From NCBI GenBank assembly GCA_043228905.1, contig JBHGNT010000003.1, positions 10,540,001 through 10,604,000 on the forward strand: DNA of 64,000 bases. Reading direction: 5' to 3'. Below are positions 49,560-61,500 of the stretch, in pieces; within the stretch, counting starts at the first letter, position 1, and the number at the start of each line of letters is the position of its first letter. This DNA is from Azolla caroliniana. Lineage: Eukaryota; Plantae; Polypodiophyta. The translations under genes were made by a program, and so were the position numbers. A model generated the notes under the pieces. That model had not been told where the DNA came from and searched no databases. It worked only from the letters and a program-made list of their open reading frames with translations.

Positions 49560-52250
49560 TTTGAGAAATCTCCAATATAGGCAAATCTAAGAAGGAGAAG
49601 TTTTTGAAGCAAAGAAATCACGTTTGCCATTAGTGAGGATGAAGTTGATTTGTCAATAACCACATGGCCATGGCCTTGATGGACCTACCCAAACAATTGT
49701 AACCCATTTCAAATGTTGTAGTTGTAGCCCTTGGTTGACTTGTAGCATTGATAGAAGAGGCGATGGTGTCCAAGAAGGTTGCGATGGTTCTTATAGATGA
49801 GGTTTTGTGGTCGTATTGATGCCCTTGAATCATTTCTCTTTATGTCTCTTGTTATCTAGCAAGAGTAGTTGCAAGCATCATTGTCTTTGCATTCCATTAC
49901 CTTGTGAAGTGGGTTAAAGCCTAACTTACAGAAGCAACGATATCTCTCCCCTATTAAAAAAAAGAGCAATACAATGGCCAACATACTGTTCCTTGGATCT
50001 CACATCATGATTGCGCATTTGGATTCATTGCTCTATAGCTTGATATGAAGAGGACTTGAGCTGCCCTACACATGACAAAGTGCATGAGAGAGATGTGTAT
50101 TCATACAAGAATGCATGATAATAAATACATCTTGCAAAAATTGTATCTTCCTACCAGCTGGAATTGTAGTAATGATCCACATTCTTTCATTATCCAATTT
50201 AGTATTCCGCTTCCATCTTGTCCAAGCATGGACAATCTGAGCTTATACTAGAATCAGGTACTGCATTTATATTTATGCCATATGATTGGAACCATTATTG
50301 CATTTCAACATACTAAGAAGAAGAGTTATCTCCTTGTTCTGCAAACTCTTTTGATGATATTCAGTGTAAATCTCGATTATCAGTGCTTGGCAACTTCCAA
50401 ATATATTTGAAATGAATCATTGGATATAATAATCCCTTGTTCAATACTGAACACACCTTTTTCCATCTTCTTTTTTGCTCTTTGGTTTCTAGTCTTCGAG
50501 AAGCGCCACATTCATCCATTCTTTTTCTTGATTTCTACTTGAACTTCATGGGGATTCAGCCGAAAAACTTTTGCGAACTCTGTTAATGTGTCTACTGGGT
50601 CATTCCACCCAATGCTAATTCGGATCTCATCACTAGCCTTCCGTAAGTCTTTTGGTCGGACATTTCCTTGTAGTGTTAATTGCCTTATCCTAGAAGCCAA
50701 TACCAATATGAAGATTACCTACCTTCAACCCAGATGTCGCCGAGTAGTAAGTATCCTCTTAGCTTTGGCATCCTCCATTAACTTCGTCGTTCCTCCTTTT
50801 CCGAAGTTGAATCAGAGAGGTTGTCGAGTAGTCCCTCTTCTGATATTGAGTGCTATTGCGCCATATGCATCGGCAGGTAAAGTTTTCTGTCTATCCTTCC
50901 TTGGACTTCTGTTGACTCAAGCTTTCAACGTTATCCAGCTTGGCAAACCTCAACTGGAAAACCTTCATGCTTTTGATTAGTTCGTCAAGTGTAGATTCTA
51001 ATTCTTTTCCTTTTTCTTTGCTTGCTCGGAGTATATGACAAGCCTTTGGGACCTCGGCCCAGTTGGACATAAGTCCAGTGGTGTTTGTTTGATACTTCTA
51101 GAAGGATTGCTAGGTCTTTTTTAAATGATTTGTCCATTATCCTGACGAAGAAATCTACCTTTTCTGACGATAGAAGCTCTCAATCCCTTATCAAGAGCTT
51201 GTTATACTTCTTTTCAAATCAGTAATTATGATACGTGAGACCTTTCCCTCCATTCTTGGTCCACTCGCGAAAGGTTTTCGTTGTGACTCTAGTGCGGTTG
51301 TCAAGCATATACTCATCAATAATGCTTGACAAAACCCACTCCAATCTACGCAGAATCTTTCCTGAAATTCTGCTACATTTACTTGATCCTCTATTGAGCT
51401 AAGTCACCATGTGTAGTCCAATTGCACCTTTATTAGCCATTTCATACTCATAGACCTCCGGAATCTCGTGATGTCTTCACTGTTGAATCAACCAAACTTC
51501 TGAATAACCAACTGTACAGCAAGTATCAACTCTCTTTCCAATCAGTTAGGCTCTTTGTTCTTGCATCATTCGGCTCATCATGGTCATCATGAAGTTGACC
51601 ATGTCGGCATTGAAGCTGCTCTCAGCCATTTCTTCTATCAATGACTCCTCATCAATGCTTCACATCAGGCTCACCAAATTTTGTTGTAGAGTTCATGATC
51701 GGTGCTTAGAACCATCAGGGTCATGATAGGCTTGATCTTAGTTGTTCTTAATTCTTGTTTATGGGCGGCGACACCTAATCATCTATAGTGTAGTCATTAC
51801 CAAACTTTGAGGTGAGTTCGTTAAAGAAAGGGAGAAAGACAAGCACAAAAAGAGATGGAGATAGTGTAGGATTCAAGAACCAAACAATATATGATAAAAA
51901 TGTGCTCTATTCGATTAGGAATACAAGATTTTAATTACCAAAGTTACAATATTCCACTGTAATGATGACACCTTATTTTTGCCAAACTCCAGCTCGAACC
52001 CTTGACGTCTATCTTGACAAATGAGAAACCTTCCCAATAAGCGAGCTTGATCTCTTGATTATTGGTTAATGTATTTTTCTTGATGCATACATGATTCAAT
52101 TCCTTCTCCTTAAATAGGTGTAAGAATGCATGTGATGTGTGATTGCCACTTGGCCCACAGTGTTACGTGTGATGCATGACAGCCATGTTGCTCATCTGAG
52201 TCACCATGTATGCAATACCGCATGAGACATAATTACAATCGTGAGAATAT
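49560..52250 (-). mobile_element. Highly degenerate retroelement-like sequence in NC2beta intron 1
   Basis: Broken coding-like minus-strand sequence with LTR-like tract near 51790-52200; no intact motif, family not assigned. Confidence 0.35.
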
Positions 52251-52565
52251 ACACTTGTAGAAGATCTTATTCAAATGTGAGGTTATAGGTTCAAGCCTCA
52301 CAAATGACACCAGCCATACTGTTTGAATTTTTTTCATATCATGAAACATTTGCTTCATGACAAGTTCTACCAGTGTTAAAACATTGTGATAAACATGACA
52401 TGGGATTAATTTATTGAGTTGAAATTCATGCTTTGTTCATGCTTTTGTTGAAGTAAAGTATAGTATCATGTTTGTTGCATCTTAAGTATAAAATTTATCC
52501 ATCAAGTTGAAGAATTGGGACTTACAATATTTCCCCCTATTTTCTTTTTTAGGCTTTCCAACAAA

Positions 52566-55500
52566 CTGGATCCATCTTTAGCTAGCAGAGTAAAGGAAGA
52601 TGTATCACTTCCAAAAGGTATGCCATCAACTTGTTGCCTGCATTTAGGGAGATGAGTTGACTTCCTAAAAAGTCATTACAGGAATCTTTGAGTTAAGTAT
52701 TTTTAGTAGGGATGTGTACATATGATTTTATGCTGGTTATGGTTATAGATAAGTATGGTTGATACTTTTAGTTCTAAAAACACCAAAGTGAACTCTACAC
52801 AACAATAGAAATCAGGAAAAGGGATTAGGATTTGCAGTGTACTCTATTAATAGTTTCTGTGGGTTTTCATTTGTATTAATCTGTTGTGTTATCTCTGCTT
52901 TGCTAATTTTGGGGAAACTACAAGCAAAATCACATAAAAAATATATCTTTTTCCTCTAATGTAAAAATAATTCCAATATTTTGGCTATTCAACATCGACT
53001 AGGGTTTTTCTTTCGAAATCGAAAACCAGTTACGTATTCTGGTCTCTTTTTTTTAGCTCTCATAGTGGTGCTTGAGAATTAGAATCAGGTTTATTGCATA
53101 TTCCAAAGTTCTTGTGTCGTAACCCTTCACATACTACTTTTCGAAAATTTGAAGTTGTCAAAAATGTAGCTGTTTAGTTCCCATGCACTTTCTCACCTTT
53201 GTAAATCATGACAGAATCTAGGGTTAGAGCGTGAGAGAATAAATAGGATATTGGACATTTGTCTCTGAGATTTCCCCAGGAGCCATGACGGCCCATACCA
53301 AACAGAGTTTTGAAAGAAAGACACCTAAAAGAAAAGAAAAGATGTATTAACATCTTTTAAGAGGCCAAAATAGCCTAGACGACAAACAGGAGACTATGTC
53401 TTAAATGTTGTCTTTTCTTTCAGCACAACAAACCAAAATGAATGTAACTAAGTAAAAAAGTAAATTGACTAAAGAATCTTGTTATCTATGCATGTAAGAT
53501 TCTTAAGTTAGATAGATGTAATTTCTGTCTTTAAAAGATCTCTAGCATAGCTCGATCCAGAAAGGAGTGGCTCATGTCTCTGCCTAAAATATATCATGGG
53601 GCACCAGTTTAGGGTTTAGGGTTTAGGGTTTAGGAACCGAAGTTTAACAAGGCAAGTAACTAGAAAGATTTGGAGTGACCATTACTCTCAGTGATTGCCT
53701 ACAGGATAAGAGTAATGGTCACTCCAAATCTTTCTAGTTACTTGCCTTGTTAAGCTTCGGTTCCCAGGTTTCTACTCCGTTGAGAAGAGTCCGCATGACA
53801 AGCATATCAAAATCCACAATTTAGTTCGTGGCTCTTGGAATTGTATATGTGCACATTGTCTTTCAAGGGCACCACGGACTGCATACCCACTGGAAAGTTG
53901 AGCACAAGCACTCTCTCATAAGGAGAACTGACGCCCTGTAAGTCTTACTTCTAGGTATATGTAAGACCATGTGTATGCCAACTTTTCCTCTCCCAAGAAG
54001 AATTCTGGTTCTGATCTCATTATCCATGCGTGAGTAGTATTGAACACTCTCTTTAGTTTTATCGATGTTTGCCGACAAACCTTTGTATGCACAAAATGAT
54101 TTTAAGGCATTCAGATGTCTTTGTAGTTCCTTTGGAAAGTTGGATATCCTTCTTTTGTGAGATCTGCCCTCCTTAATAAGGGCTCAGTGGTCAATATATG
54201 ATCTGAAGTTGTTAACCCCTCTCTAAATCCTACCTGTCCAGCTGAATGATGCCTTTCCTCTCTGCACACACTCAATTCTAACTCTAGGATTGAGCTATAT
54301 AATTTAGCGAAGTAATGGTCAATTGTGATAGTCTTATAATTGCTCGGCTTCATGGTGTCTCCTCTCTTAAAGCTTATCACAATGGTATGATGTTATATAT
54401 AGCTAGTGGAAAGACCGACACAGTCCTATTGAAGATGTGTGCTAGCAAAGGGAGCAAGGTGTCACGAGCATAGATAAACTGCTTGTTGGAGGGTGGCAGC
54501 TCCAAACCTGCACTCTCTTTCATCTTTATTATCTCTGTACTACATTCTCTGTCTTCCCAGATTCTTTTCTCTCTAAAATCTGCAACTCTTTAAATGCCTT
54601 CTCTCTCTAGAATCTGCAATGCTTTAAATGCCCTTTGTCTCTTCCACTTTTTCCAAGATATTCCCTTTTTTTTATTCCTAGTTTATTGTACCTGTTTGGT
54701 AGTACAAGAGTCTCTTAACTACCAAACAACCATTCCCAATTTTGTATAAATAGGCTTATACCAGCCTCTTTTGTAATAAGATTATTTTCTACTGCTACTT
54801 AGAAACAAGCACAACTCTTTAGCTGTGTCTCTACTCTTTGCAACCATTTTTTCTACTGCTGTCTAACAGCCTTCTCACAGCTTGGTTGTGTCTATTTTGT
54901 TCTAACTCTTCCACTGCTGCTATTAACAGCTTTTCTCACACTGCTCACCTACCAATCCATCACAATCTTGAGCCTTTCATTAACGTCCTTTAAGAGGTCA
55001 AAATGGCCTATCAGGCCAAACAAGAGATTGCATCTGAAAATAACAATTTAACTTTTTGATAATGAATGATTGGTCTCCCTCTTTCCATGTTTACAATGGG
55101 TAATCTTTTATAGCCCCATTGAGTCAAACTCATGAACTCATAAGGCTAACTCAAACATTACCCTCATGCCTTTCCATATCTCCTAAGCCTTATTTAGATG
55201 CTTATAGATTATCACCATGTACATTATGCTACTTACCTTGTAACATTTTGGATCACCTTTGGGATGGGTTCCATAAAACTAATAAACTCACAAACTTTAT
55301 TCTAATCAAAATACATCTCATTTTAGCAATTACATGGGATTATTTTTAGTTTTCTTTCTTCACATACAAGTTTTCTTTCTTTCTTTCTTCACGACACATA
55401 CAAGTTTCCCTTTTCTCCAAATTTTACACGAAGCCCTCAATCAAGGAATGAAGCATACTAAGTTTGTTCATGCTCTTCTGCCTGTTGGCATGGACTCCTT

Positions 55501-58500
55501 GTTCGTCTTCTTATCAGTGGTGTAGTTTTACATACATTTGAAGTTTCTCTATTGCATATTTCCATCTTTGCAATCTACATAGCTGCATTATGCTATGGCC
55601 CAAAGTTGGTTTTACGTACATCTGATATTTCTTTATTGCATTGTTTCCATCTTTGCAATGTACATAGCCGTGTTCTGCTCTGGCCCAAAGTCAGTTATAT
55701 TTGGGCACATTATTTTCTAATCATGAACTACAATATTCATCCAATTTTTGCTACATTATCATTATTATTGCAATTTGTTTTTTCCAGATAACATATTCCT
55801 CCAAAAGTGTTGGAGGGTGCCAGCTCCAGACCTGCACCCTCTTTCATCATTATTATCTCTCTTTTACATTTACTCTTCCTAGATTCTTCTCTCTCTAGAA
55901 TCTGCAACTCTTTAAATGCCTTCTGTCACTAGAATCTACAACACTTTAAATGCCTTCGTACTCTTCTACTTTTTCCAAGATATTCCCTTTTATTCCTAGT
56001 TTATTGTAGTTGTTTGGTAGTACAAGAGTCTCTTAACTACCAAACAACCATTCCCAGTTTTGTATAAATAGGCTATACCAGACTCTTTTGTAAGAAGATT
56101 ATTTTCTGTTGCTAAAAAACAAGCTCTATTCTTTGGCTGTGTCTCTACTCTTTGCAACCATTTTTTCTGCTGCTGTATAACAGCCTTCTCACAGCTTGGC
56201 TGTGTCTAATTTGTTCTAACAATTGCTCCGCTGCTGCTATTAACAGCATTTCTCACAAAAAGATTCAGTTTCTTCTTGCTGGGAAATCCTGATTGAGTTC
56301 CCTTAGAATCCTTTTCTTGCTTTTCTGCAACATCAGGTGTCCCCACTCTTGCAGGAGCTGCTTTCTTGGATTTCTTCCTCTTTTCCTTGACCATGGTGGT
56401 CCCAGTCCCATTGCAGTCCTGACCAGGGTCAAAAATCTTAATGTTCTTGTTGGTATTTCCTGATTCCGTTTCTTGGCTTGGCAGGAATAGAAAATAACAA
56501 CAATTTTAGCAATGGCAGAAAACATTTCCTTTGTCTTTTTTCATTTATCCTTTAATCACCATCATCATTGGCGTTGATATCACATCAGGTTGCCACCAGT
56601 CATCATGTCACCATCTTTGTCAATGCCAGCATTACCTCATCATTCAAATCATTGGTTGCCAGATCGTGTAACCATTCACTTCATTTCTGTCATCATGGTC
56701 GTGACCATTTCACTATGTACTTACCATGGGTATTCCTTTATTGGTGTCTCCAGCCAATCCCATGAACCATAAGATTCATTCATAAATTGCTTTCATTCCC
56801 TTTCCTACCTCAAAGCCTTTCATTATGCACCTATAGATTGTCTCTATCTACATTGTGGTCATTTGCAAACCTAATAGCAATTTGTGTTTATCCAAATGAT
56901 TGATCACCTTTCTTACATTTAATTGGAAAAATGCAATCTCCTTTGTGTGATTGCTGTATTCATTACTATCCTGATTGTAATGTCTCAATACACATATTGC
57001 TTATCTACACACACAACAAATAAATGCAATGTACAAGATCTTCACATTCTGCTTATATTATATAGTTTTTTTAGAACGGAAATTAGTATGAGAACATTTT
57101 TATATAAATCACATTCGAATTTGGAATACAACGTAATACAAAGTTCCGATGTCTCATCATAAAACAAAGTTTTATAGAAGAAGAAGATTTTAAATCATGT
57201 GTATTCTTATTTTCAGCAACCATGTTAAAAATAATCAAGGAAATGCTTCCCAATCATGTACGGATAGCAAAGGATGCACAAGAACTCCTTGTTGAATGCT
57301 GTGTTGGTATATTTTCTCCTGAATTATATGATAAAATAGTTTCTAGAACTTATATTTTTACCAGGCTAATGTTATGAAAGAAAACATGTTTTAAAGAGGG
57401 AGTGATGTTATTTTTAAAGCGTATTGCAGAATTTATCAACCTTATATCGTCGGAATCAAATGAGATTTGTGGTAAGCAAGACAAAAGAATAATAGCACCA
57501 GAACATGTCCTAAAAGCTTTGGAGGTAATATGCTGCTTTTTTTTTAAGTGATACTTGGTTCATTAATATACATAACTCATTGTGTTATCATTACTCTTTG
57601 AAAAGTTCAAGGAATAAGATTATCAAAGATGCAAATTGACATTCACAATGACTGGTCTTATTTACTCTCTGTACTGGGTATATATCGTGGATGAAATTAT
57701 TTATAAACTAATATAAATGCTTGGGAGGATTATTTATGTTTCTTCTCGGCAGGGTGGGACAGCTTTTTTATTGGTAAATGTGATAGTGCAGATCCAAGAT
57801 AATCCGTGCCCCGAATTGAGATTAAACCACCCAATGTCAAAAAGTAAGAAGTTTAATGTTCATCAGTAAGATTTATTACAAGAGAAGCAACTCATACCCT
57901 TGAGGCAAGAGGGGTCAAGGTCTAGTCTTCATCACACCTTCAAGAAAAGCTAAAGAAAACAAAATAGGAAGATAGAATTTTTAACGAGGAAGACAATGAG
58001 ACCAACAAAACTTAATTTGAACTTCCTTCAACAGACAACAGCACCTGTACTTTATTGCCTTGTTCTAACCTCATCCAACCTCCTAAACAAGCGTGTGATG
58101 GCTTGTTTTCTTCCTTCCCCACTATAGAATGTGACCCCTCCTTTTATAGGCCTTCTTCTCCAAAAACCAACGCAACAAAAGTCAAAAGAACACCCTCCAC
58201 TCTTAGCATTTCATTTTTCTTCTATCTTTTTGTTGCTTTTTCTTTACACCTATCGCTACTCTTTCCTCACTTATTAGTGCTTTTTTTCTCTATTGGTGTT
58301 GCTTTTTTCTTCACACATATATCTGCTTTTTTAATACCTATAACTACATTTTTCTTCAAACATGTAGATAGATGCTTTTTCTTTATGCCTATCGATATTA
58401 GGTATGGTACGCCTTATCCTGTTTTTTGGGGTAAAGGCCCTAAATGATTCCCTTATAGTGTGTACATGTGTATTGGCCTAATTATAAAGACCGAAAGTCA

Positions 58501-61500
58501 CTTCTCACTTTTTCGTTATCTTTGGGCCAAGTTCAGTGTGAACTTTGCCAACCCTAAAAGGGTCATATAAAACATAAGTTAAGAACTTTTGGATCTCACT
58601 TCAAAGGAGAGCTCCTCCAGCTCTCTCTCTCTCTCTCTATCTATCTATCTTTTCAGCCATTGCTCTACTTGGGTGACTCCTGAGTGTTCCTCAGCCCTAT
58701 TGACATCATTTCTAACCCTTTCACCTCTTTATAAAGATTATCCTCTGTCGAGATTAAAGGCTCTTTAGGTTTCTCTAACTAAACTAGAAAACGAGTTTAT
58801 ATTATTTAATATATTCTAATTCTTGTTAAAGTTTTACAGTCTCGTTTTCAGAGTTGTACTACAATTTCTAAAAGAATATTTTTTGTAGTTTGAATGGGAT
58901 CCTTGTACAAGATTCACTCAGCATTAAGTACGTATTTATGAGGCCATAACTTAGCCGTGACATCAATATTTAAAGCTCTCCTTCTAAGAGCATATTCTAT
59001 GTATCTTGGATAGCACACACATATGTGTGTGTGTGTGTGTGTGTGCATGCACTCCTACCTTTTATATCCTTTTTAAGAAGTAGGCTTTTGTTTTGCTAAA
59101 CTACTTCTATTTCTTTAATCCCTCCTATGTGTTAAACCCCACAATTGTTTTTAGTTTCTAATGTTACAAGTCAATCACGGGATGCACAAATGGGGTCTAG
59201 ACCAGGACATAACAAAGGGGTTACAATTGATCGGGCAATAGCAATTTGCCATGCACGTAGGCCCTGGCCCCATGGACCACGACCTCGACACCCTTGTCAT
59301 CGACAGATAAAAGCCATTATCTCCAACCATCGTAGGTGCTTCCCTTGCTTCGGAGACATTTCCATTCTGGATCGACCTATGCTAGAGATCTTTCGAAGAC
59401 AAAAGCTACAATATACCTAACTTGAGAATCTCACATGTGCCAAAAACCAGATTCCCTCATTTCTTTTCTTTTCATCTTATTTACTTTTATATTTACTGTG
59501 TAATATTTATTTTATTTTAATTTGTTCTCAAAGACGAGACAACACTTAAGATGTAATCTCTTATTTGGACTTATAGGCCATTTTGGCCTCTTAAAAGACG
59601 TTAATATTTCTTTCTTTCTCTCTTTCTATATCTCTTGCCTTTAGATATTTCAGATAACTATCATTCTATTTTCTACTTCCTTACAACTAGTCTCCATTTT
59701 GAATAAGTGGGAGTTTTGTTTTTCGTATTTGTTCTGTAATCCTTTCACCATGGCAAATACATCAGTCAATGTTGGGGTAGAATTCAGGAAATTTGATGCC
59801 ACTGGATTCGACTTATGGAAGGTTAGAATGGAAAGCACACTTTACTTACAAGGATGTGCAGAAGCATTGGAGGAAAACAAATCAGCTAGTATGGATGATG
59901 TGACTTGGAAACTGTCGTAAGGCAGTTGCCCACATTTATTTGGCAGTATCAGATGAAGTTTTAGGAAATATCAAGGGGCTGACTAGTGGTCATGAGGTAT
60001 GGAGCAAACTGAAGACTATGTACAAGTAAACCACTACAGTGAATCACGTTCACCTGATGAGAAGGCTCATTGCTGCACGACTTGAAGATGTGAAGTCTAT
60101 AGCTGAACACATCTCCACATTAATGGTCCACTCAATCAACTTCAAGATGTAGGATTGCAAATCTTCGACGACGAAATGAAGGCTATCTTTTTACTCATGA
60201 CGTTGCTTGAATCATGGGAGGCGCTTGTAGTCTCACTCTCAAATAGTGCAAACCTTACTTTTGATGGAGTTAAGGAGCAATCCTCAATGAAGAAATTCGT
60301 AGAAAAGCGAGTGGGGAGTCTTTTAGTTCTGCCAACATAACAAGAGGGAGAACTATAACAAAGAATGTATCAATCCAAAGGTCCAGAAGCAAAATCAAGG
60401 GGAAAGAAATCACTCGTGTTCAATGTGGCTGTAAAGGGCATAAAAAGCCTGATTGTAGATTTTATAAACAAGAGCTTCAAAGAAAGATGAAAAATCAAAA
60501 AGATACATAAGAAAAGACACATGGTGTGGACGATAACAAAGGAAAAGAGAGGGAGAAGGCGAATGCAGTCCATGTTGTCCAAACATGAAATAGCAACGGC
60601 AAAGAAAAGGAAAAGAGTGGGCAGATCAAGAGTAGTCCTGTTAGAAGTAAATTGTTGACGGCAATAGGAGAATAAAGGATGGAAGAGTAGCAAACAACTA
60701 GCTAGCCAGTTCAGGGGAAGAAAGTGTTAGGTGGATTTTTGAGCAAAAGCACAATGTCGTTGCAAAGACTACTCTCAGAATCTCTGACTGGATTTTGACG
60801 AACCATTTCTTGGTTAACCACAATCAAGACAGTCCTTGCTCTTGCCAGTCATGGTTGATGAGCATTACTTTGTTGTTTTTGAGATCTACTAGACCACAAG
60901 GCATCTTCGCTCAAAAAAATAAGTTCTTTGAGATTCTACAATGAATTAGTCTCACTAAATTCCATTCATTGTCAGCTTATGGAGTCAGTAGATAATCAGC
61001 AGAGTGCAACTTATAGTTATTTATTCGTGTATTCACCAACATGGAGATTGGAATATTGGGAGAAGCATTTGAAATCCTTTCCTCTTTGAGATTAATGTGA
61101 GTTGCACAGTCGGTCACATCTGGAGATCAAAGGGAATCCTTTCTGATCTAGCTGCATCACATTACATAGAGAGACTTGGGGGTTCGGGAGCATGCCTAGC
61201 GGGTATAGCTATACAAATATTACTATATGCTGATGATATTGTGCTGATTTCTGACTCTCCAGAGGGACTACAAAGATATCTAAATGCCTTAAAATTATTT
61301 TGTATAGACAAAGGTTTGTCGATAAACTGAATAAAACTAAAGTGATGGTGTTTAACACCACTCAAGCATGGTAACAAGATCAGAATCAGAATTCTTCTTG
61401 GGAGAGGAAAAGGTGTAATACACATGCTCCTACATATACCAAGGAGTAACATTTACAGGGCCTAGGATCTCCTTATGGGAGGCTGCTTGTGGCCGACTTT

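Larger units (their letters stand above)
53320..54483 (-). mobile_element. LINE RT and 3' remnant in NC2beta intron 2
   Basis: SFKRGD..PSNYKTI..AKLYS..GQVGFREG.TTSDHIL RT motif; 3' tract is the reverse complement of 59400-59620 and 62370-62600. Confidence 0.75.

Noticed and set aside
54484-56257. Apparent TRIM with two LTRs
   Set aside because: Each LTR has its own TSD and there is no PBS or PPT between them.
56206-56525. Lys-rich minus-strand ORFs within NC2beta intron
   Set aside because: Short, interrupted by a solo LTR, no recognisable domain or splice structure.
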